From positions 1 through 55,308 of the IMG/VR virus record IMGVR_UViG_3300025585_000054: a stretch of DNA of 55,308 nucleotides. The stretch is one strand, 5' to 3'. This stretch comes from a virus (lineage: Duplodnaviria; Caudoviricetes). The notes under the pieces were generated by a model. The model was given only the letters and a program-made list of their open reading frames with translations, did not search any database and was not told the origin of the DNA. Shown here piece by piece: positions 55,169-55,308 of the stretch. The number at the start of each line of letters is the position of its first letter. The first letter of the stretch is position 1. A program made the position numbers and the translations under genes.

Positions 55169-55308
55169 TTAGAGGCTGCGCACCTTAACGTTACGCATGT
55201 GAACGTAAGCCTCAGCGTTCTCAATCTGGTTCGCAACTCGGATGAACTGCGTGTACTCGATTGTGTCCTTCTTAGGCTTGAACTCGCGGTAAACCACGAT
55301 GTCACGCT
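55169..55308 (-). CDS. Major capsid protein, C-terminal fragment (runs off the window)
   Basis: Manual translation RDIVVYREFKPKKDTIEYTQFIRVANQIENAEAYVHMRNVKVRSL*; HK97-like C-terminus; followed by a terminator. Confidence 0.75.
   Translation of the reverse strand, partial: RDIVVYREFKPKKDTIEYTQFIRVANQIENAEAYVHMRNVKVRSL

Noticed and set aside
55102-55305. 67-aa minus-strand ORF in the track
   Set aside because: Wrong frame; it runs through the terminator, while the overlapping frame gives a convincing capsid C-terminus
1-55308. Stop-codon reassignment
   Set aside because: Genes tile densely under the standard code, and TAA, TAG and TGA are all used as stops

Overview
55.3-kb segment of a large, long-tailed (siphovirus-like) dsDNA phage. 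Almost all genes lie on the minus strand. Two WhiB-family genes and apparent leaderless promoters point to an actinobacterial host (inference). Reading in the direction of transcription (right to left), the first block is structural: end of the major capsid gene, extra virion/fibre genes, head-tail connectors, major tail protein, a tail chaperone pair with a -1 frameshift at CCCAAAC, a ~2550-aa tape measure protein, a 2180-aa LamG-rich tail protein and three paralogous minor tail proteins. Next come HNH, phosphoesterase and holin genes, then a replication/recombination block (MerR-like, WhiB, DnaB, DnaG, SSB, SLOG, dCMP deaminase, DnaE, RecA, Cas4-like, RuvC, YkgJ, DUF932). After that lie a displaced terminase, a second WhiB, a secreted lytic transglycosylase, and an accessory operon containing a circularly permuted GHKL ATPase-HExxH fusion. 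The most unusual features are a diverged repeat bracketing the accessory operon, a five-hairpin element whose leader is duplicated around whiB, an RpoN-box-like HTH fused to a phosphoesterase, and nested LamG domains. No tRNA, rRNA, CRISPR array or integrase was recognised. All product calls come from motif recognition by eye, not database searches.
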